Shown: piece by piece, positions 37,788 through 49,025 of the stretch
How the letters are laid out: every line of letters starts with the position of its first letter
Numbering within the stretch: position 1 is the stretch's first letter
The notes under the pieces: model-generated
Database searches by the model: none
Told to the model about the DNA's origin: nothing
What the model saw: only the letters and a program-made list of their open reading frames with translations
From: Utricularia gibba
Lineage: Eukaryota > Plantae > Magnoliophyta
DNA length: 64,000 nt
NCBI GenBank assembly: GCA_002189035.1
Contig: CM007990.1
Coordinates: forward strand, 3,162,001-3,226,000
Direction of reading: 5' to 3'
Program-made: the position numbers and the translations under genes

Positions 37788-40770
37788 CTATATTATCTGG
37801 ATTTATTGTTTTCAACATTATAATAATTCAAAAATCAGATTTCGATTCGTTTGGGATTTGAGATACATTGGAAAAAATTAAAAAAATTAATTAAAACTGT
37901 TTCTTTATTCTTGTTTCTTTTCAGATCTATAGCTTTATTTGGGTTATTGTATTCTTCTCGTTTCCCAAATCTTCTTTCGCTTAGTTTTGTCGCCATCCAA
38001 ACTCTAGAATTTTGCTCAAAACAAAAACCTAGGTGAGTGCAAAGAATCAACCAAAAAATAGAGAATCTTTCACTTTGTTTACTGCCTTTTATGAATTTAC
38101 TTTGATAAATATATGGATTTTTTTCAAGATTTATGTGTTTTTCATGAGCTTATCTGCTGTGTTTAGGATTTACTTTTAAACTCTAGACTTTATATGGAAT
38201 TGAGGGATTTTATTTGTATTTGTCTGATGGTTGATCTTTCTTCTTAAATTTCATGAGTTAAGATACATTAACAATGCTGCAATCGTTGAATAAATGATAA
38301 ATTTTACTTGAAACTTAGGTTTTTTTTTCTTTGTAGAATCGTGACAAAACTTGAAGAGAGTAGAGAGAATGAAAGATTTCCTTTATGAACATATTGCAAA
38401 GGTCAAAAAAAGGAGATAAGGGTGTGGTGGAAATAACGAAATAGTATGTTGCTTTTGTGGTAAAAATTTTTTACAAGGTCTTATTCTTGAGTAAGAGTTC
38501 ATTTATTACATCTAAAAGATGGTGTTATAGGAAAATGTTCAAAGATACCCCAATTATTCTGTGATGAATTGAAAGAAAAGGATAAGGGAGCATAGAAAAA
38601 GAATTCGAATAAAAATTCTAGATCGAATTCAAAACATTATAAGTTTTTTAATGTTTTATCTTCTATTGCAACACCAGTCTCAATTATAATTGAAGGCTTG
38701 GGTATGGATCATCTTGGTAGAAGAGTGAAAAGAAGAGGGCAGCAAAAGATTGATGCAGTTCTCAGTAACTATTAAAGAGATGCAAAAGAGTAAGATTCCT
38801 TAATTCTCCGAATGTTTTATAGTAGGTGATTACCTTTTAATCTTGCTCCATCTTTTAATATTTTGAGAACCAAGTCATTGTAACAAAAAAAAAAAGTCAG
38901 ATTGAGGAATGTTTAGAAGTTATAAAAAAAAATACATGGGAGACAAAAAAAATTACTTTGACATGTGATGGCTGGTCAGATCCTAAAAAAACATTAATCA
39001 ATTTTATGGTCATTAATGAAAGTGAAAAAATGTTATTGGATGCTGTGAACTGTTGAACAAGGTCTTATGGAAAATGCCATAAAAAAAGTGAGTAAAGAAT
39101 GTAATACAAATTATCATTGATAATGCTAAGGTTTGCCAAGCTGTTGGTCTTCTTCTTGAGGAAATATATCATTAGGTAAGTACCTATAGCTCTAATATTT
39201 TTTTTTCAGAAAAAATAAATTCTAATTTGTCTTCAATTTGTATGTATATTTCTAGATTTTTTGGTCTTCATGTGAGGTGCATTCAAGGACATATTTTCTC
39301 TAAAAAAACCTTGTGACAAGAATATGGAACATAATGAAGCATGCAAGTGGATCGTTGAAGTTGCTGAAACTATGTCAATGATAAGACAATTTATAACAAA
39401 TCATTGCATGAGATTATTTATGTTTAAGAAATATTCGAAATTGAGATTGTTGAATATAGCATAAACATGCTTTGCTTCCCTTGTTATTGTTACTAATCGA
39501 TTTAAGTTGGTTGAACAAGAGCTGAAAGCTAGGGTGATTAGTCAGCAATGATGTGAATATAAGCATGATGATCCCAAGGCAAGATGAATTGGAGATATTA
39601 TTTTGACCAATGACTTTTGGGATAGTATTGATAAGGTCATGGCATTTACTTCTCAGATATATAATATGTTAAGAGCATGTGATACGGATGCACTATGTCT
39701 TCACTTCATTTATTGCATGAGGGTTTCGATGATTCATAATGTTAGAAAGCCTATTTATACTTTTGAGATAGAGACTGATGATGATGAAAGTATATTTTCG
39801 AATGTGGTACACAATGTTTTATTGCATAGAAAGATGCAAAGTTTGACACAATTGCATGATGTTGCCCATACTTTAAACCCATGGTATGCAAATGTAATTA
39901 TCTTTACTATTTGCTTGATGTTAATACATAAACTTGCTAATTATTTCTTTTTGAGGTTGCATCACCATAATAGAAAAAAGAATATCCTCATTTGGCATCA
40001 TTACAAGTGGATGAAAATATTGATATATTGGTTGAGGAGTTTTTTAGATGTTATTTCAATGATATAGATCATTTAATTTATGCAAAAGGAGGAGCTTGTT
40101 AAATTTATTGGTTATTTAGGAGATTTAGGTAATCACGATTCTATCATAGCAAGATCAAAATTATCACCAATTGAATGGTGGATAAGTTATGGCAGAAAAT
40201 TTTCAATAATTCAAGGGATAGCCTTGAAATTGCTTGGTCATGTTTCTTCTTCCTCGACATGTGAGCAAAATTATAGTACATATAAGATAATTTATTCACT
40301 AAAGAGACATTGATTGACCTATAAATGTGCTGAAGATTTAATATATGTGCACAATAATCTTTGAATATTATGTTAAAAAACTCTAGAATATGATACAAGT
40401 AATACAAAGTTATAGGATTTCAAAGGTGATTCTGATGATATTGATATATCTCCTCTTCCGGAAATTGAAAATTTATCATTAGATGAGCCTGCACTTGAAA
40501 GAATGATTTCATAGAAACAAGAATATGAAGATGTTGAGCACCAAAATTCAAGTGAGAATCTTAATTATTCTTATGACTTGGATTTGTATAAGGATGAATT
40601 CTGAATTGATTAGTTTTTAAATATTTCAAATATTTGGTAATATAATTTTTTCTAATTTAATAAGTATAAACTTTGTATATAGGAATTCTATTATTAATTT
40701 TATAGGATTCTTCTACATTTTACGAATCATGAACCTCGTGTCCTACGAATCTTGAATCTGGGTAACATAG
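37788..40770 (+). mobile_element. Decayed hAT transposon (BED finger, DUF659-type core, hATC dimerisation domain), 2983 bp
   Basis: Perfect 8-bp TSD GATTAAAC (37780-37787, 40771-40778); TIRs CTATATTATCTGG / rc CTATGTTACCCAG; GATTCG/CGAATC subterminal repeats; BED-like CCFCGK (about 38450); FWD..DKV..FT..IY.MLR.CDTD (39603-); PIEWWISYG..LQ.IALKLL..SSS.CEQN.S (40160-40290). Confidence 0.93.
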
Positions 40771-40778
40771 GATTAAAC

Positions 40779-41200
40779 TTAGGCTCCAAAGATCCCAGAA
40801 TTTTCTCAACAATCCTTCCCATCTCCATTTGCTGATTCATTTGGATGGTGGCAGCCTGAATCCAAGAACAAAAATCTATCATGAACTCTACTGGTTTCAG
40901 CTTCAAGGCCTCAAACTCCCCTTGAAGTGTTTGTAACCATAGCATGTTCACTTGATCAACCCCTTGGAATGAAACTTGCAAAGAATCCCATACCTGTTTG
41001 GAAGTGGTTGTTGCTGCCACTCTTTCAAAATACTTGACATCCAATGCTTGATAAAGAAGAGAAAATGCCTTCTTGTCCTTTTTGACTACCAAAGTATCTC
41101 TCGCCATTATTTCATTGATGGCCCAACATTCAAAGGCACCAAGTAAAGATTTCATACAAATACACTATCTCTATTTACTATCACTTGTAGCTGCAATAAT
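40779..41200 (-). pseudogene. Copia gag N-terminal half, continuous with 37779 across the hAT
   Basis: KKDKKAFSLLYQALD..FERVA..TSKQVWDSL..LQTLQGEFEAL..IVEKILGSLEPKFN|HIIVAIEE. Confidence 0.85.
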
Positions 41201-42872
41201 GCATCCTCAACATGCATTCCATGAATTAGGGTCGCAACTAGATTAACCTTCTTAGGACTCCGAAAAAAAGAAAGTAAAAATTAGTTCCGTGAGGACAAAA
41301 AAGTGTGGACTTTCAGACCAATTACACATCCAAAATAATCACCGTTGCGCATAAAAACAATATTGGAGGTCATACATGTTTTATTCGCTTTAAAACTACT
41401 TGAACTTTCTAAGCCTTTAAAATGGTAGTCTTAGGCTCAGCGCTTCCAAAACTTGAAGGTATAATTGGTACCAATGGTAAAGAGACTGGAGTTTCAAAAT
41501 TCTCTCCATGTAAGCTCCTTAACTACTAAAGTTTCGTCGACGGAAAGAAATGGCCTAAATCACTAAAATAACAAGCATCAGACAAAATATGCAACGATCT
41601 CCAAACTTTATAATTTTTCATAGATATAAAAAAATACCACAGGAAAACTATGTCAAGACCTTGTTTGGTTCAAATGAAACTCTAATATCAAGGCCACGAC
41701 GAATCCAAGTTATATTCATATATTGACATTTGGAATCAGAAGTCTATTGAAAAACATTTTTCATAAATAGACATTGACATGCAAGAAAATGCGATAGAAA
41801 CTATATTATATTTTTAATTTATTATTAAAGTCAAATATATTAACATGGATAAAGTATGGGCAGCATTTGTCTCATAAAAAAAAGGACAAAAAACACAACT
41901 ATTGTTTAAAACATAATCACTGTCCATAGTTGTTGTGAATATAAGCATCATTGGTTAAAAAAAACTGCATTCAAAATAGGAGTATTGTTTATACGTAAGT
42001 AATGTCAATATATCTAAAAAATATTACAAAATATATATGGGGCATTATTTATAAACATGTATATATAATATATAAACATTGAGTAATTTTATGTGACTTT
42101 TTGCAATAAAGTGTAAAGCAAGATAAGTAATTCTTTATTCACATAACCAAGCATTCAAGAGAACCAAAGAGGGGTGGAGATATAACTAATGCAATTAGGA
42201 AATATTTCAATCCCATGAACAATCATTTTACTCAAGCTTCATAGTTTGTTTTTATTGTTTCCTTTACAATTCTTTCATTCAAACTTCATCATTTAAATTC
42301 CTTTAGATATTTACATTTGCAAACTCATTAAAAAAATTGTGATAATTTGTAATCAATATAAATATCACCTTTCCCTAGAAAATTGATTTTTTGTGATCTA
42401 CACTCATAGTATGCTTTCGTATGTTTTATATTTTAAATTATTTTAAAATTTGTTATGGAACAACATCCATCAAATTTGTTTTCTTTGTCTCCATTTATTA
42501 TTTTTCGAACGAATTGTTATATTGCATATATCTGAAGTTTCAAATCATTATATTTTATTAACTTTTTAATTATACGATTCATAGTAATTTTCTCTTTATT
42601 TTTATACTAAATGTGAAATTTGAAATTACTATATATTTAAAAGATTTAGATTGTATTTAGTTCATAGGTTTAATGATGTATTTACATTTGAAATATGTAT
42701 TTGAGGTAAGTTTTACACATTATAATTAGTTAAATCAGGCTGAAACCAACATTTATAAACAAAAATTTCTTAAAATCGGTGCAAGAAAATGAAATTTTGT
42801 ATCAAATAAATTTAGAAGCCCTAATCTATATAAAATATAAATTTAGAAAACTTGTATAATGGATTTTGAGGT

Positions 42873-44113
42873 TGATCACAGAGAACTGATGCTTGCAAAG
42901 TGTTTTAGCAGATACAGAATTCATAATAAACGTTGTTTTTAGTTTAAGATCAAATACTCGTTAAGTAAGGTCAAGTTGCAGAGTAGAAAATAACAAATGT
43001 TGGTTCTAAGTACGAGGTAATACTAATATGCCTCAAGGATATATAGGTGATGTGGTACTAAGGTTTATAATTTAATCTACAAAGTTTCTATAATCACAAC
43101 TCCACAAAACCTGAGTCTACCTAAGTCATTCATCATGTTTTCGGCTAATATAGTCTCCAATACCATCACCAACATTGCAATTAGGTCAACTCGTATGTAA
43201 AGTATATAGTATTACGTCTATCCGGTTTTACTGGTTCTACCCTAAACTAATACCTATTGTCTCCATCTTGATTTATTGGTCTACCTCTAAATCAAGCATC
43301 TGACTTATGAAACTATTCGTTCTACTCATTAGGTCTACCCATTAAATGATAGAAACACATACTAAAAAACAATGATAAATTATATTATAAACCCTAGCCT
43401 CATATCACCATTCTACACCTTAAGACATATTTAAGGTTTAACTACTCATGTATGAAAAATAAAGCAAGATTTCATAATCATAAACTGAATAGAATATCCC
43501 AAATATTGTAAAACAAGTAGTAAACGAAAGTAAAATGTTCAGCAAACTAAGCAAATAAAGTATTCTGTTTCTATTTGCTACTATTCCAATATAGAACAGT
43601 AGCACTGAACTGGGTTTTGGTGCTTGTTCTTCACATTCGAGATTTTTCTGAAAAAATCATCTTCTTCCTTCCTTCCTTCATATTCTTCCTCTTCCTTCCT
43701 TCCTTTATATTCTTCCTCTCCCTCCTGAGGTCTGGTTGCATTCTGCTTCTCTCTCTCTCTCTCCAAAAATATCTTCACTTCTTTTTTTTTCATTTTTCAA
43801 AGCTAGTATTGTTCTTGACATTCGCATTGTTTCTGGCCTAAACCTGTAGACTACAATGGCAAAACAATGTATTATGGCTCTTCTTTTAATGCTATCCATT
43901 TTTCTAAATCTCTACATGCACGAAATTCGTGTCTTATCTCTTATTTTAGAATTTTACTGTTAGACTAGAAAAAAGATTAATAACATGAAATGTGCTAAAT
44001 CAAAGAATTTAGTCCATTAATATACAAAATCACATTATGTACTAAATACTTAAAATATGATTCAAAAGCATAATTTTATTATTTTAAAAATAAAAAAAAA
44101 TTGTGTGTTATCA
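42873..44113 (-). mobile_element. Athila-like LTR-like sequence (minus-strand start TGATAACACACAATTTT); left end uncertain
   Basis: Family A-like start at 44113, preceded on the minus strand by purine-rich GGTAAAAGGGG; typical LTR U5-like composition; no TSD confirmed. Confidence 0.5.
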
Positions 44114-45480
44114 AGCATGCCCCTTTTACCAAGTATCGAGGTTGCCATATATCAAAGAGGATTTGCAAGATAAATGAGAGTTACAATAAATAAGCTTGTG
44201 GTCAAGTGTCTACCTCGAATGCAGTTTTGTTGTTTCATATCTACGTGTTTTTTTTCTTTTTTTTTTCCATATGAGCTATGGATTAATGTTTTGTGGAGGT
44301 TTTTTTATGAGAAAAGTTTTTTATTTTGGAAATCTTAAATCTTAATAACGGTAACAATGATAATTCATTCAGTCCCTCTCTCTGTAAAATCCTCTCTATT
44401 ATTTTTATTTTTGAAGCATTTACAAAGTTAATGAAATTCTGTCATGGTCCAAAGATCTTGTTGCAATTGTGATAATAAGGTCATGCTTTATACCTTATTG
44501 CATGCGGCTTTAGAGAATGTTGCAATACAAACAAATATGTAGAGTGTGAATTGAATTCCGTCGTTCATTCCACATCCTGTTACTGGCATCTACCATATTG
44601 ATCATGTCGTTAAATCCAATACGAGATGTAGACAAGAAATGGACAAACAAATTGTACTCCTTCAAAGTGTGGACCTTGAATTAATATTTGGATATGCTCC
44701 CAGTCCCATATCAACTTCTAGATGCTTTCAAAAAGTTGGTTTGATTGTATAATGGCAACCTCTCCATCTTCCAACCTTTTTGAATTATTTGTTTCAATAC
44801 TTGCCAGTATGTTTCTATTGTCGTTTGGATAAATTAATGGAGGGAGTCGATATGCAGTATTAAATGCATACACATAAGTAGCAGGGTAAAAGAATAATTT
44901 TAAAGCAAAAATCCCTAATGTCGTCATGCACTCCACATTTACCTATTAAATATTTGATAATATTAAATTTAAAAAATGTAATTCATACATCAAATATGAT
45001 TCATTGTTTAAATACACCAAACTCATTTAAAACACGTTATTAAATAACATATCCTATGTATTGATATTATTAACAAATTCAAACATTATCGACGGAATAT
45101 TAAAATATCATATATGAAAATGAATATATGTCGATTTTTAAAATAATTTGAACAGAACAAAGGATTGAACGGCAACCCCGTACCGTACGGCCGAAATCCC
45201 ACCCCACCACACCCTTGTCTAAGTAGTAAATACGGTGCAAGCTTGCGAACAAAGACGCCATCAGGAGGCCGTATTACATCTGTAGTCCGTTCAAACATTA
45301 TTACAAAAATGGGGAATGCATGTTTATTAATAATTACAGGCATGTAGTAACCCGGAAATTAGCAAGGACTCTATATCCTGTCACAGGGGAACCACCATCT
45401 TCACCTGGATGACCCGACCCGACCCGACCCCAGGGTCATCGCATAACCATAAACACTGTCCAGAATCAATCGCCCAGATT

Positions 45481-45647
45481 TCAGAATATGAAGAAAACAA
45501 TCAAGCCAGCAACTGAAATAAATAAGCTGAGGAGGTAGGAGGGCAGTACCTTCCTCCCATCAACGCGGGAACCTCTAACTGCAGATTGGGAAACTTGAAG
45601 CATGTCCCACTGCCCCAGCAAGGAGCATCCCAGCTCCATCAATTTCC
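45481..45647 (-). CDS. Fasciclin-like AGP, exon 2 as assembled (hydrophobic extended C-terminus); the family-type ending would stop at 45575 if one extra G were present at 45613-45616
   Basis: Acceptor TTTGAAG| at 45648; G|GG AAA TTG ATG GAG = GKLMELGCSLLG, matching the family RRGKL(L/M)E.AC..LG; then QWDMLQ...SYLLSLFISVAGLIVFFIF*. Confidence 0.85.
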
Positions 45648-46906
45648 CTTCAAAACATGACGTAAAACTCATTCATTCAACAAGGCAGGGCTTGGGGTGT
45701 TTTTAATCAAAACGACTTGAATGCATATAACTTTCAGAAAACAAAGCATCACAAAATCTTATACCTTCTTGCTGATGGAAGACAAGAAACGACTAGGTCA
45801 AAACTAGTCTAACCTCTCCTTTTCTTATAAGTCAAACACTGGATAGGAAGAAGAAGAGCCTATCATTAAGCGGCTATACCAAAAGAATCACCAATTATGC
45901 CAATTTTTATCCTCTACAAGCCATAACATCTTCAATGTGGGATATAATCCTTAGCAAGCACTTACTCTTCACCAACCAAACCTCGGTCAGTGAGCGCTTT
46001 CAAGTAGCTAACTGACACATTAGATCTGTTAGAATGAAACCCAATTTAGCTATGCCGCTCCAGGCCCTAAGGCAACACCGTCATGGATGCAACGTCCACC
46101 AAGGGAAAGAGACAGACTAACGTGGTTTTATCCCCCAAGGACTCTAGAATTTCGTTAGTATGTTCGAGAAATAAAGGAAATACCCGGAAGAGGGAACATC
46201 TGAATGAAGAAGTTAAGACTTGTTCCATGATCTGATGTAGCTAGTGATGAATAGTGAATACACCAATCGGCGTATTTCACTGTATCAACAAGTTTTAGCT
46301 TGTTTGATGACCTACCATAGCTAGTGATGAATAGTGAATACACCAAAAGTCCCCAGACAAGTGTATCCACTGATCAACAGGTTAAACTTGTCCCTTGAAT
46401 AACTAGCCATGATTATGAAATAGACCAAAAAGTCTCCAAGTGAGTTTATTCACAGGGCAACTCTTCAAAGGACGGAAATGTTAAGAAATTTATATAATTG
46501 GATCACAGGAAACGAAAGCTAGATGAATTTTGAAGGTTCAGGGATGCCCTATGGTCTCTCTCCTTGTATCTTTAAATGTATTAAGGCCTTGCGTACTCCT
46601 ACAGACATTTTCCTGGCAAGCTCTCAAGCCAGCTTTTCCAATGACGAAAAGAAATCTAGAAAACAGCCACGAAAATGGCAGATATATTCACCAAGCAAAC
46701 CTGTTAACAACCGCATCACCAACACCAACTCCATCTGACAGATAAACTACCAGCAATACCTAGCGGACGTAAAGGATTACATCTAGCACATGCATCCTGA
46801 ATCTCCTACTTCTAGGAATCAATGAAAAATCAAGCTAACATAAAAAGTCACCACCATGTTTCTAAAAATCAAAATGTAAAATGAAAGGGACTGAAAAATA
46901 GCATAC

Positions 46907-48218
46907 CTCTTCTATGCTTAGCAACAACGTTGGCTGCAACAGTAGCAGGTTTCGGGATGTTGCTCGTTTCTTGAGGGAACAACACTCCGTCAATCCCCTG
47001 TACGGAGATTCTGCCGTCGGTGTATATATCTGGGTCGAAAAGATAAGCGGCGGTTTCACCCTGACCGAACTTTACTGATCCATCCGCTTCCTCAGCCACA
47101 ACTTTGTGAGGCAGCCTCAAAGTATCGTATTTCACCTTCCCAAATCTCCTAACGGTGTTGTACATACTCTCCTCGGTTTGGTACTCAGGGATCAGATGAT
47201 AATAGATAATTTGCTCTGGAGCACCAGGCTCGCTCAATTGATCAGTTCCTAGCTTGGCCATGGCTTCATCATTCGGAGCCAACACCGTGAGCACATAACC
47301 TTCGGACACCAGTTTCCCCATTTCAGAAGCTAGCGAGGTGAGATTCACCAGAATGTCCGCGAGTTCGTTGTATCCGCCGTAAAGTAAAAGGGTTTTAATG
47401 AAATCCTTCACTTGACTTTCGCCGTCAAAATGATGGTGTGGCCCTCCGGGACCCGGAGCCGGAGCCGGCGCCAGAGACGGCCCAGGGGCCAGCGCATCGA
47501 ATATGGGAAGTACCGGAGGAGCGCCTGCTGGAATTGCCGGAGGGGGTTTCTTCAAACGATGTGTTCTGGGGTCAATTTCTGGTGCACCCTCCGGCAAAAC
47601 GGCAGCTGTGGTCCTCAAGCTTCGCCGAGAGTTGAAATCTTGCTGAACCGATTTCGGCACTAAAAGCCTCTCGATACCGTGTATGATTCCATCGGGTCGA
47701 ATAATGTCATCCAATTTGACAACCTTGGAAATCCCCACAATTTTCTCCCCATCCTTGTCGAGAAGCTGAACCCGCTCATCGTTACCATCAAGGCAAAGAG
47801 TAGTATGGTAGGTGGGTCTCCCGTCTGCGGTCGCTGGCCATTTTCCGGCCTCAATGCGGGTGGGAATCATGTGTGAGAGCAGCAAATTCTGAAGGGGTTT
47901 CACATTTCCGGGCTCAAGCAGAAACCGTTTAAATTCCGGGTCCAAATCCCTCTCCAGAGCCTCGTTCCTGGGAGCAAAAATCGTGATATTACGCATCGAA
48001 ACAGCCTCCTCGAGAGTGGGCAGCAAAAGGGCCTTCTCCACCAACTCGGACAACTCAGTGTAGTGGGAGTCCAACAGCGCCACGAGGACGGAATTGGAGT
48101 TTATCTGAGGAGCGGAACCCGGAAGAGAGAGTGTCACTTTCACCGACATTGCTGAAAGAAGAACCGGGAAGAAGACGAAGAGGCGAAGGTTAGATCCCCA
48201 GAAGATCTGGGAATCCAT
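46907..48218 (-). CDS. Fasciclin-like arabinogalactan protein, group B (FLA15-18/FLA17-like), exon 1
   Basis: ATG at 48218 (MDSQIFWG.. signal peptide); QINSNSVLVALLDSHYTELSELVEKALLL; two FAS1 domains (NITIFAPRNEALE, VLTVLAPNDEAMAKL, DGRISVQGIDGVLFP); AGP linker APGPSLAPAPAPGPGG; donor HRRG|GTATGC at 46906. Confidence 0.97.
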
Positions 48219-48390
48219 TCCTGGGCTTGTGCTGGATGAGGGGTTTGGAGAAAGAATCCTTGCTCTCTTATCTTGGGGAAGGAACGGTGATCGGGGGGTT
48301 CCAGATCGAGGAGAGTTGGCTTCGCAGTCGCACACAGAAAAAATGATTTCTTTTGATCGATGGTTGCGTTGCGTTGCGTTCCGTCGCAAT

Positions 48391-48400
48391 ATTTATTATA
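48391..48400 (-). promoter_or_regulatory. Candidate TATA box of the FLA gene (TATAATAAAT)
   Basis: About 175 nt upstream of the ATG at 48218, followed by a pyrimidine-rich leader. Confidence 0.5.
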
Positions 48401-49000
48401 TTTAAAAGGGCAACAGCCAGCAGCCTTTGGGGAGTTTTTACGGTTTGTACCAAATAAAATAAAAAGAAGGCGTGGTTTTTTATTACGCTTCCAATTGTCG
48501 AGCCACATACATATATGATCGTCGGGTGATTACTTTAATTTTCTCTCAGGATTTTTACTTTGTTCATTCATTAAAAATAAAATTTTTTATCTAACAAAAT
48601 ATTTTTTTTCAATGGCAAAATTGAGAGCTTCATAAAATAGTTAGAAGCCATACATACTTTATTATATTACAAAAGTAAAGTAGTCAAGCAAGTTGACAAG
48701 GACAGAGTTTGGTCAAATAAAGGCTTAATCAATCATTTATATTGATTTTTCTTCATTAATTTTGTATGGAGTAAATTAATTGCAATTAAAGTTTCTGGGA
48801 CTCTTGTGTTCATTTTGGTGCGGCATCCACAACACACATCCTATTCCGATTTAGAAGACCCAATCCAATCCCAAGTCCGGATTGAAAAACACAAAGTCTT
48901 AGTCGAATATTGCAGGAAGGGTGGGAGTGGGTGTGCTTAGAGTTTAAACACGTCTTGCCTCCCCTCGCCTTTCCGGAAAAGACGGTTATGGATTGATAAG

Positions 49001-49025
49001 CCCTTCCCTTCCCTTCCCTTCCCTT
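49001..49025 (+). repeat. (CCCTT)5 microsatellite
   Basis: Seen directly in the sequence. Confidence 0.95.

Larger units (their letters stand above)
32738..41250 (-). mobile_element. Ty1/Copia (Ivana/Oryco-like), 5'-truncated, with a solo LTR in its 3' LTR and a hAT in gag
   Basis: 3' LTR TGTTGGAG (34184) to ...CTAACA (32738) preceded by PPT TTTGAGGGGAAG. RH about 34230-34700, RT 34863-35640, INT 36285-36722, PR YLGASNHMIGNKALFIDLDES..TITFGD (37305), zinc knuckle about 37420-37460, gag to about 41200. No 5' LTR found. Confidence 0.85.

Noticed and set aside
44500-44940. Moderately GC-rich block with a 72-aa ORF
   Set aside because: No recognisable domain in any frame I read.
46321-46375. 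Box C (GTGATGA) and box D (CTGA) snoRNA-like pair
   Set aside because: Only about 50 nt between the boxes, antisense to the host intron, and no recognisable rRNA guide.
46869-46906. FLA ORF ending MLFFSPFHFTF*
   Set aside because: Read-through into the intron past a canonical GTATGC donor; the conserved continuation is exon 2 at 45647.
27834-48218. PME plus FLA as a cell-wall gene cluster
   Set aside because: The genes are 15 kb apart, separated by TEs, and both families are large. Nothing in the sequence indicates co-regulation.
48219-48389. 57-aa N-terminal extension of the 506-aa FLA ORF
   Set aside because: It starts at TTG immediately after the TATA box. The ATG at 48218 gives the family-typical signal peptide.
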